64,000 nucleotides of DNA from assembly GCA_951406725.2 (NCBI GenBank), contig OX597824.1, positions 83,514,001 to 83,578,000 of the forward strand. The letters run 5' to 3'. Within the stretch, counting starts at the first letter, position 1; every line of letters starts with the position of its first letter. The stretch comes from Octopus vulgaris (lineage: Eukaryota). This document shows, in pieces, positions 1 to 13,790 of the stretch. Under the pieces are notes generated by a model. That model was not told where the DNA came from, did no database searches, and saw only the letters and a program-made list of their open reading frames with translations. Position numbers and translations under genes: made by a program.

Positions 1-228
1 GCTCCCCCACTACTTCTGCTCATGATCAGAGATGCACATATCGTCAGCCACTAAGGGACATGCTCAACTGGTTAAGGTCAAACAACTGACAAGCAAATCT
101 GTGGTATTGAGCAGAATATTTGCTGTAGCCCATCTTTTATACCAAGACAAAACAATGTACATGATAACACTTCCAATCAGTTAAGATCAAAAGCCATGAG
201 AGCCACTGCCTGGTACTGCATCAGGGCA

Positions 229-276
<48 letters not shown>

Positions 277-669
277 CATTATTATTATTATTAAGGTGGC
301 AAGCTGGCGGAATCATTAGCACACTGGATGAAATGCTTAGCGGTATTTCGTCTGTTGCTACATTCTGAGTTCAAATTCCACTGAGGTCGACTTTGCCTTT
401 CATCCTATCGGGGTCGATAAATTAATTACCAGTGAAACACTTGGGTTGATGTAATTGACTGTGCCCCTTCCCCAAATTTTAGGCCTTGTGTCTTTAGTAG
501 AAAGGATTATTATTATTATTATTAAGATGGTTGTTTTGTAATGTGGTGAGCTAGCAGAAAAGTTAGCACAAAATGCTTAATTGCATTTCATGCATCTTTA
601 AATTCTGAGTTCAAAGTCTGCCAAGGTCGACTTCATCTTTTCAGAGTTAATAAAATAAGTACCTATTAT

Positions 670-1522
670 GTCTTCAAAAGTCTGTGAATGATGTAGGACC
701 TCTGACAATCTGTAGCAGCTGATGCAGAAAGACACACTCCTGCTGATCAGGGTGCACAGTGTACACCTGTCCCATGGCTTGACTTCTGAAAAAAGCACCT
801 TCTTCCCAGCCCTCAATGCATGTTTCTTGCTTGCATCTGTTCCATCTATTGTGTGCCCAGGTATAGTACACGGGGTTCTCTACATACAGAAGTGTTCGGC
901 AAACAGATCTCACTGGCATAATTTGAAGAAAACTGTCAAAGTGGTCTCTCATGGATTCAGAACTACGTTTTGAACATTGTCTTCTGTGAAATATATACCC
1001 TGGCCATTTTGAAGATGTACAGATTGATTTTAAAGTGTTCCTACATGTAAACAGGGTGTGATCATTGTGTTGACAGTGCCTTTGTCTAAAAGCAGAACAG
1101 TTCTTCATGCAGCACTTGTCAACTGGCTGAAGTGACATGAAACGCATCGCCATTCATGAATAAGTCACTAACAGAAATTAGTGGATCTATTTAGGGTTGT
1201 ACTGGATAAATTGCGAAAATAACTCTAACAGTTCAAATACTAAGAAACTAGCATACTCAATTTGATTTATACCAAATAATATAGGAAAATGAATGGGTTA
1301 TTTCCCTTGGCTGTTAAAATAAAATATATTAGTTATATATAAGGATCCCTTCCAGGGGCCCTATTATCGGTGTTTTTCAACAATCTGAGTATGCCTTGAC
1401 ATTTCCAGACATGAGTTCTACTCAAGTGTCAAGTTTCATCAAAATTGATAAAACGATGTTGGAGGAGTTAGCTGACAAATCCACAAACACACCCAGACAG
1501 AATTTCCCACATGTGTAGTAGA
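670..1522 (-). mobile_element. Degenerate Helitron (Rep/helicase fragment plus probable 5' end)
   Basis: Minus-strand ORF 674-1153 has YYTW...GQVYTVHP...FL..LL..VRGPTSF, typical of Helitron RepHel; a TC-start end resembling Helitron left ends near 1522. Confidence 0.75.
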
Positions 1523-2108
1523 TGTATATATGTTTACACACACACACACACAGGTACCAAATCCAATATTAACTGTAGATCTGACCCAGGGTAGGTTCTA
1601 GGTGTGACATATGTATAAAAGAAGAATACAAGTGGGGCTTTAAATTTACTACAGCTATTGTAGGTAACATCCCGGTAATGTCCTGATTAAATCTCAGGAA
1701 CTTAGATTCAAATGCTTACATAATATTAGAAGCACATTTGCATATTCTAAACCTGTTACCAAATCCACTTCAAACAACATCCCCTAATCTTTATCTAAAT
1801 CATCTAATGTAGTTTTGTCTATTATCTATGGCTGTAGGTAGTGTTTGAGTAATATGTTACTCAATATAATAGGCCCCCTAATTACAAATTCTCATTAAAC
1901 TAGCCCACTTAATCTTTATCTCTCATAAATAATGAAATATTTGTTAGTCTGGCTTATGGGTTCCAAACTCAAAATCTATTATTATATATTTATTGTATCT
2001 TATCTATTGTATTATTGCATGATATATTTTGGTTTATATCTGTTATATCATATAGCTATACAAATTGGAGCTTGTGTGTATGTGTAGATGGCTATATGGG
2101 TGCATATA

Positions 2109-2162
<54 letters not shown>

Positions 2163-2229
2163 AACATACACTTATATATATAGTGGTTGACTACTCCTTA
2201 TGCAAAGTTTGACCACCTCCTGTACCTAC

Positions 2230-2440
2230 CTATACCTTAGGACCATCATGGTATATTATGTGGCTTTTGAAACCAATTTCTGAAAAGACACTCACATAGA
2301 TTGTATATCTGCTTTGGACCACCAAGAGCTGCAGATAAGTTCTGATTTTTGTGGATCTTAAAATGTCTTTTGAGGTCTTCGTTAGATTTGCAAACCTTCT
2401 GGTATACATTGCATTGAAAGGTGTGCACAGACACATAGGC
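2230..2440 (-). pseudogene. Degenerate C2H2 zinc-finger relic (LINE ORF C-terminus or ZNF fragment)
   Basis: FQCNVYQKVCKSNEDLKRHFKIH with one Cys lost, followed by a frameshifted second finger. Confidence 0.4.
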
Positions 2441-2659
2441 AGAATAGTTGGTGGAGGTTCATTTTCTATATATACACATACATACATATATACAAACATA
2501 CACATATATACACACACACTCACACACACATATATATATATATGCACATATTTATATATATAGATGTACAAAGATAAGTAGACTCACGAGTGTAAATAAA
2601 CAATCATGCACATGTAGATATGTGGATGTTTTTATATTTAGAAATACATAAAAGTACGT

Positions 2660-3265
2660 ATGTATGCATGTGTATGTATGTATGTATGTGTGTCATTTCA
2701 AAATTTCTTGCCAATAGAGAAAGTGCCAGTTTCTAACCTAGATCCAAGGATCCTTATTTGGAATTTCAACACCAGCTACAGGGTATTTTTATGTATGTAT
2801 GTATGTATGTATGTATGTCGTTATTCAGTTTTATTTCAAGATTTCTTGCCAATAGAGAAAGAGCTGGTTTCTAACCTAGATCCAAGGATCCTTATTTGGA
2901 ATTTCAACACCAGCTACAGGGTATTTATGTATGTATGTATGTCGTTATTCAGTTTTATTTCAAGATTTCTTGCCAATAGAGAAAGAGCTGGTTTCTAACC
3001 TAGATCCAAGGTTCCTTCATTGGAATTTCAACATCAACAACAGAGTATTTTTGCTTGCATGTATGTATGTATGTATGTATATGTGCAGATTTGTATGTTT
3101 TGCTTTATGTACGTATTCTCATGCATATAGTTACATATCTAGACATGCTTATATATATATATATCTAAACGATAAACTTCTGGAAAGTTTTATAGATTCT
3201 TACAGTTCCAGTGATGGATTGGATCTGTAGCCTTCGAATTATCTTTCTCCATTCTGGTTTTGACA
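2660..3265 (-). mobile_element. 3' end of an RLE-type LINE with the 3' terminal unit present three times
   Basis: Reverse complement matches 57880-58190; three ~120-bp units separated by (TATG)n. Confidence 0.7.
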
Positions 3266-3650
3266 AGCCTTATGTATGTATGTATGTATGTATGTATGTA
3301 TGTATGTATGTATGTATGTATGTGTGTGTGTATGTATGTGTGTGTTTATGTATGTATGTATGTATGTGTGTGTGTATGTATGTATGTGTGTGTGTGTGTA
3401 TGTATATGTGTGTATGCATGTATGCATTTGTATGTATACATATACATATATACACACATTAACATACATACACATATGAATACATGCCTTTATTCATATA
3501 TATACCTCTCCTTCACTGTATTACTTCTTACTCTCCTCTCCATTCACCGATATTACTCTTTCTCTTTTGACATCCTAGATGTTTTACTTGAAGGTGGTCA
3601 TTTTGTAAACAAAAGTCATCTTCTAGTTTTGCCTTGCCTGGTTATATGCG

Positions 3651-3746
3651 TTTAAAATTATGCCTGAGGATGGTGGATTTTTTCTATGATGTAATCTATG
3701 AATGCATCAATAGAATGCTGCCGAAACAGCTGTAGTAAAATTTAAA
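3651..3746 (+). ncRNA. Type I hammerhead ribozyme motif (Penelope-like element type)
   Basis: CTGAGGA 3664-3670, long stem II, GAAA 3723-3726, palindromic stem III ACAGCTGT, GTA cleavage triplet 3732-3734, stem I tttaaaattatgc/gtaaaatttaaa. Confidence 0.65.
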
Positions 3747-4184
3747 CCTCACTTGAATTTTTCTTTTATACAACACACACACATTACATACATACATATG
3801 TAGCATATATATATATTATAATAATATTAATAATATGAAGGAAAATTATTCCAAACTTACAGGGAAAAATTCAATTTAGAAATACTAAATCAAATTTCAC
3901 AAAATATAATATATATATATATATAAATTAGAAAAAAACCCACCTTTTATCAATTCAATAATTGAAGTGATTTTACTATTATTATTACTATTACCGTTTC
4001 TTAAATATAGCCACAAAACACATGTCGTTATTCTACCAAATATATATGTTTTATTTACTATTTTGCATATTACTTAATCATTGTTATATGTTTTATCTTA
4101 TATTTAATCTTTCTATAATATGTAATTTTTCTAAATGGTATAATTTAATTTTTCATTATTGAATTGATAAAAGGTGTTTTTTTC

Positions 4185-4246
<62 letters not shown>

Positions 4247-4964
4247 CATATATGCATAAACCAAATATTTATGTAATTTTGTTTTTGTTTCTCTTTTCAA
4301 GGAGGAATTACCATTGTTATCAACAAATTCACTCCAGTGAAACCAAAACATCTAGTGGGAAAAAAGTACAGAATCTGTGTATGTGTGTATATACATAAAA
4401 AGAAAAACAGAGAGCTACATATATATATATATGTATATATATACATATATGTTTTATTTGCAAGCTTCTTGTGGAATTGTAAATTAATTCAGCTACAATT
4501 GGATTTTGGATTTTAAAAAGAAAACCAACAAGGGAAACAGAATTGATCATCTCTCTATTCAAAAACTCTCTAAGATAAATTGAGTTTCATAACTGAAGCC
4601 CTTTCACAAAAAGAAACTCAGTTCACTTCTCTTTTGGGATCATTTTTTAATTTAGTATTGTTGAATATATAATAAATATATATTTCAGCTCCTTTTTTTA
4701 ATCTTGAAAAGTAAAAATTATATATATATATAAAGAAAAACCCTGACGTATTTTAAACCTAAAAGAACAACTACTATTACTTGTAGTAATATTAATACTA
4801 TTGCTGTTATTACAACAATAACTAACAAGAAGAAAGAATAAAATTAAAGTACAACAGAACAGCCCCGCTGCCAACACCACACATCAAAATTGTACATGGA
4901 ATTTGATCTTCTGCAACTAACCAATAGCAACAACAACAGAAGTAAGTCAGCATAAAGAGTCAAG

Positions 4965-5063
4965 ATGGCAGGAGTTGAAACTGCTGTACGTCAAATTGAA
5001 CTAAAATGGCCAAATGTACCTGAGCAATTAATCAAAGGGAACAAATTCCTTAAATGGGAAGAG
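4965..5063 (+). CDS. PLCB: Phospholipase C-beta, coding exon 1 (MAGVETAVRQIELKWPNVPEQLIKGNKFLKWEE)
   Basis: ATG at 4965; 99 nt; donor GAG|GTGAGT; peptide matches the PLC-beta N-terminus/PH start (L.KG.KF.KW.E). Confidence 0.95.
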
Positions 5064-5198
5064 GTGAGTCTAACTTTTAATTTCTTTGACAGAAAAAAAC
5101 CCCAACAAAAACACAGAAATAATTTTGTTGACGTTCAACTCATTTGATATCAACCTGCACAAGACCACCTTGTTTTCTACGTTACAAAGTTCTTGTGT

Positions 5199-5579
5199 GG
5201 AGGCGCAATGGCCCAGTGGTTAGGGCAGCGGACTCGCGGTCATAGGATCGCAGTTTCGATTCCCAGACCGGGCGTTGTGAGTGTTTATTGAGCGAAAACA
5301 CTTAAAGATCCACGAGGCTCCGGCAGGGGATGGTGGTGATCCCTGCTGTACTCTTTCACCACAACTTTCTCTCACTCTTACTTCCTGTTTCTGTTGTACC
5401 TGTATTTCAAGGGGCCGGCCTTGTCACTCTCTGTGTCATGCTGAATATCCCCTAGAACTACGTTAAGGGTACATGTGTCTGTGGAGTGCTCAGCCACTTA
5501 CACGTTAATTTCACGAGCAGGCTGTTCCGTTGATTCGGATCAACCGGAACCCTCGTCGTCGTAACCGACGGAGTGCTTC
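5199..5579 (+). mobile_element. tRNA-derived SINE, family A
   Basis: Pol III A box TGGCCCAGTGG and B box GTTTCGATTCC; TSD acaaagttcttgt; near-identical copies at 24054, 42828 and 44145. Confidence 0.9.
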
Positions 5580-5843
5580 GAAAAAAAAACAAAGTTCTTG
5601 TTTTAAAGTGACCTACATTAAAACCTTCCATCAAAATTTCATGTTGTTTCAAACACTAGATTAATTTGGACAAACATAGGCATAGGAGTGGCTGAGTGGT
5701 AAGTAGCTTGCTTATGAACCACATGGTTCAGGGATCAGTCCTACTGTGTGGCACCTTGGGCAAGTGTCTTCTACTATAACCTCAGGCCGACCAAAGCCTT
5801 GTGAGTGGATTTGGTAGACAGAAACTGAAAGAAGCCCGTCATA

Positions 5844-5886
<43 letters not shown>

Positions 5887-5944
5887 TCTTTTACTCTTTT
5901 ACTTGTTTCAGCCATCCGGCTGAGGCCATATATATATATATATA

Positions 5945-6242
5945 CTAGCAGTATCGCCCGGCGTTGCTCAAGTTTGTAAGGGAAATAACTATATAAGCAT
6001 TTTTAGAGAGTTACTTCCCTTATATAATAGCGAAAAAATGCATTAAAATGGAAAAAAATGATGGTAAATTTTTTTTAAAATCGTAGACTCATTGTAGACG
6101 CGCACTAATACCCAGAAGGGCTCGATATGAATCACGACTATAAGATACCCGGTTTTGGTTAAACTGCACTGCAAAATGTGGGAGTAGTTAGGAATCTAAA
6201 TCGTAGGAGACAGACACACAACTTGACTTTTATATATAAAGA
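5945..6242 (-). mobile_element. Non-autonomous Helitron, family 1, nested in a family B SINE
   Basis: On the minus strand: 5' TC, subterminal GC hairpin, 3' CTAG, A|T insertion site; homologous to 30627-31019. Confidence 0.8.
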
Positions 6243-9200
6243 TATATATATATATGTATATATGTGTGTATGTTTATGTGTCTGTGTTTGTTCACCCAAC
6301 ATCACTTGACAACCGATGCTGGTGTGTTTATGTCCCCGTAACTTAATGGTTCAGTATAAGAAACCAATAGAATAAGTACTAGGCTTACAAAGAATAAGAC
6401 CTGGGGTCAATTTGCCCAACTAAAGGTGGTGCTCCAGCATGGCCACAGTCAAATGACTGAAACAAGTAAAAGAGTAAAGTAATTTTTTTAAATTCTTCAT
6501 TATTTCGAAAATTAATTGGAATAAAAGCAGTATATTGCAACTGAAAGCATTGGCCCTAGGTCAACCATGATCCAACAAGATTATGATTATAGATTTTCCA
6601 ATTATCTGCATGGTCTAGTGGTTAGGATGTTGAACTTACAATGGATGAGGTCATGGGTTCAATTCGTAGATTGGGTGGCATTTTGTGTACTTGAGTAAAG
6701 CATTCTGTTCTACATTGCTCAGATGTGTTTTTTCTAGATGTTGAGTTTAGCCCTAGGACATCTCTGATCAGGTAGACCTGAGTTCAAAGGCATTCTATTC
6801 ATGATCATTCCATCTTGTTGGGGGAATATAGAATGCTGTGGAGGCACATGGCCTAGGGGTTAGAGCAGCAGACTCGCGGTTGAGATATCGTGGGTTCGAA
6901 TCTCAGACCAAGCAATGTGCGTGTTTATGAGCAAAACACCTAAGCTCCATGAGATTTGGCAGAAGGTAATGGCGAACTTCTGCTGACTCTTTCACCACAA
7001 CTTTCTATCACCCCTTTCCTCCTGCATCTTGCAGCTTACCTATGACGGACCGGCGTCCCGTCAGGCTGGGGAACCTATACGCCATGGAAACCGGGCCTTA
7101 TGAGCCAGGCATGGCTCAAGAACCAACAAAAATATAGAATGCTATGAGCTGAGTCCTTTCTTTTTGTTTTTTAGTTTTAGATGATATGTTGACCTTTTAT
7201 ATTGAACCTTTGTTGAGGTTAGATTTCAAGGCTATCTTCTATCTTTTACTTGCTTCAGGCACTGGACTGTGAACATGCTGCCTTGAAGGGTTTTAGTTGA
7301 ACAAATTGACTGTAGTACTTATTTCTTTTTTAAGTCTTGTAATAGTTCTATATTGATTTCTTGTTGCTGAGCTACTATGTTATAAGGACATAAATAAATT
7401 AACATGAGACATCATATGGTTGGAGAGGAGAATGAACACAGACACTAAGACACACACACACTTGTATATGACAGGTTTCCTCACAAATTCCATTTGTCAA
7501 ATTCATTCACAAAGCATTGGATGCAGTCTTATGCTTAGTAGATAGGCTAAGCTCAATATCAGATGTTGTCCAGCAACCAGGCTTGTCAGCATGAACAGTC
7601 TGCAATGCACAATTACCAAACAGCTACTAACTTAAAAATCAACCATGGCAGGGGTCATTTATGTTCTTTCACTTACCACCTCTTTATATTTCTTTCTCTC
7701 TCATCGATACACAATCACACAAGCTGTTCAGCTAAATCCCTAATATAAGCATAGCATTCTCTATTCTTCTTCTTTTGTTTTGGACCCTCACTCATGATTA
7801 CAAAATCAGACTACAACATTAATCTCATGTTTCTGATGTCATTCTCTTCAGTTCTTTTCTTGGAACGGTTATGGTCCATGTAAACTTTTAACAATAAAGC
7901 AGATGATGATTTGAAAACAAAAGACTACGCTTCTCATTCTTCCAATATCTCTTCAATTTTATTAAATGCATAATATGAATAATACATAAGTAAAGAGTTT
8001 ACTGTACAAAACATTTTTAAATACTGACTCCATATTTAGATGTAGCAGTTAACAAGATGAACTTTACTACATTACAACACTTGTACACTAATGTTTTTCT
8101 TTTATTGTATGGATTAGACAGAATATGAAAGTATCTGTGACATTTTGTAGAGGCCAGAAATTTAGTCAGAATGCTTGCAACAGCATGGATTCAGCTAAGC
8201 TTCAACAGCAGCTGACAGATTAAGTCCAGTACCCCAAAACTAGTACAGTCCCTCCACTCAGTGTCCGATGCCAGCGCTGCCTTGACTGGCTTCTATGCCG
8301 GTGGCACATGACCTGCTGTGCTTGAGGAGACCTATTGAGTCAAGTACATCAACATCAAAATAAATATCAAATGGAAATTGTAATTACGATACCTGTGCTG
8401 GCGGCACGTAAAAAGCACCAACTGATCGCGGATGATGCCAGCCTCCCCTGGCACCTGTGCTGGTGGCACGTAAAAAGCACCCACTACACTCATGGAGTGG
8501 TTGGCATTACGAAGGGCATCCAGCTGTAGAAACACTGCCAGATCAGACTGGAGCCTGGTGCAGCCTCCTGGCTTCCCAGACCCCGGTTGAACCGTCCAAC
8601 CCATGCTAGCACAGAAAACGGATGTTAAACGATGATGATGATGAAGGCTTGAATCACACTGAGATTATGACAGGAGATACTTGCCCAAGGTTTTGTACAA
8701 CAGAATTGAACTCAGAGCCACATGATTGCAAGGCAAACGTCTTAACCGCAAGGCCATCTCACACTTACTCCACTTCTCTTTACCACAAATTACTTTCAGC
8801 AGGTGTGCTTGAATGAACATTTGTAGTTAATTGTGGTTTTATAGACAAATAAGTTAATCTGCCAAATACTAAACAGCTTAATGAATGAATTAATTAATTT
8901 TTCAGTTATTATCATGTTCTTAACAGTCTTGAGTGTCTTAGGTTAGTTAACATGTTTAATTAGTATTAGTGGACTGGCTCTGATGGTGGAGACTGATGAT
9001 TGAGGATAAAGCTTAATGGAGGGGTATGGGATTGATGGAACAGGATGGGGGTATTTTAAGGCTGTGAGGATCTTGCAACTAATAATGGTTTCTGATTTAA
9101 CCCTTTAGCATTTAAACCGGCCATATCCGGCCTAAAGTATTCTGCCTGTTTTATGTTCAAACTGGCCAGATCTGATCTCTCACACCAACCCTACAATATC

Positions 9201-10524
9201 GTTTTAAAAATCAACAGCTACCTAATCAAAATCACAAAGCTACAAGATAATGCCTGATTAGTTCAAGGCAATGTGGATAAAAAAGGATTAATTTTGGCAG
9301 AATAATGCGAACACTAAAGTGTTAAGCACAAGGCTAACAATTTTGAGGATGGGATAAGTCAATTACACTCACCCCAGTGCACAACTGGTACTTATTTTAT
9401 TGACCCTGGAAGGATGAACAGAAAAGTCAACCGCAGCAGAATTTGAACTCAGAATGTACAGACGGATAAAACGTCACTAAACATTTTTCCCCTGCATGCT
9501 AACAGTTCTGCCAGCTCTCCATCTTGAGCTGCAACTAATAATGGTTTCAAATTTTGGCACAAAGCCAGCAATTCCAGACAGGAGGTAAGTCAATTACACT
9601 GACCCCAGTGATCAACTGGTACTTACTTTATTGGCCCAAAAAAGGATGAATGGCAAAGTGGAATTTGGTGGAATTTGAACCTAGAACGTAAATGGATGAA
9701 ATGCCATTAAGCATTTTGTCTGGATGGTTACAGTTCTGCAGTTTGTCACCCTGATACTGCAACAAAGAATGGTTTCTGATTTAGGTTTGTGGATACCTGA
9801 AGTTACAGGTAGTAACCTGCTACTCACATAAATTCTACCAGGAATAAGAATGAACCTAAGTTAAATCATCAATAATTTCTACCATAAGCAGAGGCCACTA
9901 AGGTTTATAGGGAAGGGAAATAACCACAATGCTTTAATGGGACTTACTATAGCAGAACGATGAGCGCTCAAGAATTTATCTACGACAGAATTTTATCTCA
10001 GACACAGGCATGGCTGTGTCTGAATTTGCTTCACAACAATGAGGTTTTGAGTTCACATCCTATGTGTGGCACCTTGAGTGAGTGAGTGTCTTCTATTATG
10101 GCCTCAGGTCAATGAATGCTTTGTGAGTGAAATTTGGGAGACAGATACTGCATGGAAGCCCATAGGATATATATATATATTCATCATTTAATGTCTCCTT
10201 TTGTATACTGGCATGGGTTGGATGATTTTGACATGAACTGACAAACCAGAGGGCTGCAATGCCAAGCTCCAGTATCTGCTTTGGCATAGAAATGGATGCA
10301 CTTCTTAACACCAACCACTTCACAGAGTGTGCTGGGTGCTTTATTTGTGACACTAGCAGTGGTGAAGTCACCAAGTACTTGCAAGACAAGATCCCTCAAC
10401 CGTGTGGGGCATAGTACTGAGAGATGAGAAAAATATGATAGAAGAACAGGGGCAAGTGTCTTGCTGAAGAGAATACATGGCTGAGAGAGAAAGGGAGGGA
10501 GGGAGGGAGAGAGAGAGAGAGAGA

Positions 10525-11076
10525 ATTTCTTTATTCACCATAAGGTTGAGAAAAAGAGGGGATGATACGAGGACAGACAAAACAAACGTTGGGGTCAGGG
10601 TATCGAATGAGACGAAAGGTATGAATAAACAAACAAATAAAAATAAATACAATTAAATGAGAATGAGTGATTTACAAAAAATGAAGTTTGACCCCACAAA
10701 CCACATACTCACACTGAAGACTTTGCTTTCTCCTTTTCTACATTCTCGTTTAAACAGGTTCTTTCATTCGCGACATACTTGCTATAGACTTCCATCTTTT
10801 ATGAAACACACTTTGCGACAGGCATTTCTTCTCCAGCCTTATTTTCCGTTTCATGTGGAAAACGAAAAAGTCGATTAGCTCGAGACTGGAGATAAACATG
10901 CCTGTTGCAATTCCTTTCACTCTCGTCTTCCATACTACCTCTTTTGCCATAGCAACTACCGAGAGAAAGCAGGCTCGCTCCTCCTTATTCAGGGAGGTCG
11001 GTGGAACGATCTTAATTACAGATTCGCTCGCCAGTTGTACTCTTCTTGAATGCGACAGCAGGTGTTCAGAGGACAT
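10525..11076 (-). mobile_element. L1/Tx1-like LINE 3' fragment (ORF2 C-terminus plus 3' UTR)
   Basis: Peptide AMAKEVVWKTR...FFVFHMKRKIRLEK...F..RW; tail CCTTATGGTGAATAAAGAAAT adjacent to (TC)n. Confidence 0.65.
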
Positions 11077-11168
11077 AAGCTATGAAACAGGGAGAGAATA
11101 TTGTATAGACATGGGTTATGAAACAGGGCAGGAATACTATAAAGATTATTGCAAGTGAGCATCAAGAA

Positions 11169-11212
<44 letters not shown>

Positions 11213-12867
11213 GTGAGATATGTGAGGTCAAAGTAACAAGTGAACATAACACTAAAAATAGAAGTCTATGATGAAAAATGGTGCTCTTATAGTGAAATGT
11301 TATGATCCAGGATTTTCTGGCTATAATGACCACAAAGTATAGATACAAAAGACAACACCAAAGAATATTGTTAGAAATAATTTACTTGCAAAATCCTTAC
11401 GAATGTTTCAGTGACAATCAGACTGATTACATAACAGTAACCTTATGCAATCCTTCATCAACCATCACTTATTTAGATGTTGTGAAGAGAGCAAAGGCCT
11501 GTTAAATGATGGACATGTACAGTAATTCAGAAATTTGAGATCAGTGTATAGTGGATGGATTATACATAATCTGTCTGGTCCGAAAATAAATGTTCCCAAA
11601 CAAAAGAAGTTTTAAAAGAAGATCCATAAAAAAAATATGAGCAGATTAGTAAATAAAAATGACATTAATGCCAGGTGGTAAGACCTGAGAGCCATGGTAG
11701 GTTGGGCTTTAACAACTGTTACATATACATACGTGTCTGTATATGCGTGCGTGTGTGTGTGTATTTGTGCTTCCTTGTTTGGACATTGTGCACTAATTAT
11801 GAATGAATATCAGTCATACCATATGAGCAGTGAAAAGGCATTTAGGCAGTATGCTGTTTATACTTGAAAGAATATGTGTGTGTGTGTGTGTGTGTGTGTG
11901 GAAAACAGGTGAGGGTTGGCAACAAGGAGAGCATCTGGTCATAGAAAAATTTCCCCAAGGTAAGAGATCTTTCGACTCTTACAAGTATACAAAAATAGAC
12001 AGTAAAATGAGGATGAAATGCATATATGTAAATACATACATATATTTATATATATATCATCATCATCATCATCATCGTTTAACATCTGTTTTGGGTGCTA
12101 GCACAGGTTGGATGGTTCGACCGGGGTCTGGGAAGCCAGGAGGCTGCACCAGGCTACAGTCTGATCTGGCAATGTTTCTACAGCTGGATGCCCTTCCTAA
12201 TGCCAACCACTCCGTGAGTGTAGTGGGTGCTTTCTACATACATATGTGTGTGTATATAAAGAGGTTCATTTGATGACTTAATGTAATAGGTATGTACGAT
12301 AAGTGCTTGAGTTAGTTTACCACTAAAACTCTGACTTGAACTGCAACTAAAACAATACTGGTGTTGTAGCTGCTTAGTAAAAAGTGGCTATAAGTGTTTC
12401 ATCATTGAGCAGGCAGATATATCAGAAAGAACGAACAAGCAAAATGTGTAGTATCACTTTGGAGTGTATTACAAATATACATACATACATATATATACAT
12501 ATTTACACACATACATATATATACATACATACTTACACACATACACATATATATATACATGCATAGACACACATATATATACATATATATATACATACAC
12601 ACATACATATACATACATACATATATATATACATATACACACATACATTTTATATATATATACATACATACATGCATATACATAATCTGCAGGGCAGCTG
12701 GTGTTAGGAAGGACATCCACCTGTAAAAACCATGCCAAAACAGGCATAGTAGCTTGGGGTAGTCGTCTACCTGGCTGGCTCCTGTCAAACCATCCAATCC
12801 ATGCCAGCATGGAGGGCGGACATTCAAAGATGATGATGATGATATATGTGTATATTTATATATACAT

Positions 12868-12902
<35 letters not shown>

Positions 12903-13532
12903 GACGCACACATATATATGTGTGTATTTATATATATATATATACACACACACACATACACACATACACACATGTACGAAATGTGATACAGTGTGTACTT
13001 GAATATTCCTACAAAGACACGAAGACATTAACAAAACAAGAAAGATCTGAGTTCTTTGTATAAGTAGCTTATTATAACATATATCACAGCTTTAGGCTAT
13101 AAATATATTGAATATCCATCCTTTGGATTATCTCTTCGATAGTTATCCCTGTGTATTAAGGATTCAAGGCATTCACGACTGGACATAAGACATTTCTGTT
13201 CAGTCGGTCAGCTACATTATCTTTCCTCTGCACCATGAGAAACTCTTACAGTTCATTCATATTTATATATTTCCTTCATATATTTCCTGCCTAGTAACCA
13301 TGGTATTTCAAACATCAAAGACACTATTTATTTATTTATTGACTTATGTTTTTAAATGCAGATGTTGATACTCACATCATGTTGTGTATGCGTGTATACA
13401 TTGTAACTTAGTACCTAATGCATATATTATATACATATATCTATATTTATATGTACATGCATACACACACCTACATATATCTATGTATCCATGCATGTGT
13501 GCATATATATATATATGCATACATGCATACAC

Positions 13533-13790
13533 TGTCTGGCCTTCGCCATGATAGATCGCTGACCACTACACACTCTTTATTTTCTCTCCTTCTATCTTTC
13601 TGTGTTCCTTTCTGTGGAAGAGCATAGTCTCGAAACATTAAAAACTTTTTCACTTCCTGAGCATTATACTAATACATCTGTTTGTTGTGTACACAAGGAG
13701 AGAAAATAAAGAATGTGTAGTGGCTAGCGATCTATCATGGCGAATGCCGGACATAGGGGTCACACAGGAGAGCTAGGAAGAAGGGGAGAT
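13533..13790 (+). mobile_element. Penelope-like terminal repeat with degenerate hammerhead and inverted partial copy
   Basis: 13533-13590 is inverted at 13695-13752; ctgtggaagagcatagtctcgaaac core; homologous to 19140-19380. Confidence 0.6.

Noticed and set aside
5199-5275. tRNA gene-like sequence with A and B boxes
   Set aside because: It is the head of SINE family A, with a constant 300-bp body and TSDs in several copies
5281-5466. Recurrent small ORF MFIERKHLK... (also at 24136, 42941, 44227)
   Set aside because: Chance frame inside SINE family A with a non-ATG start
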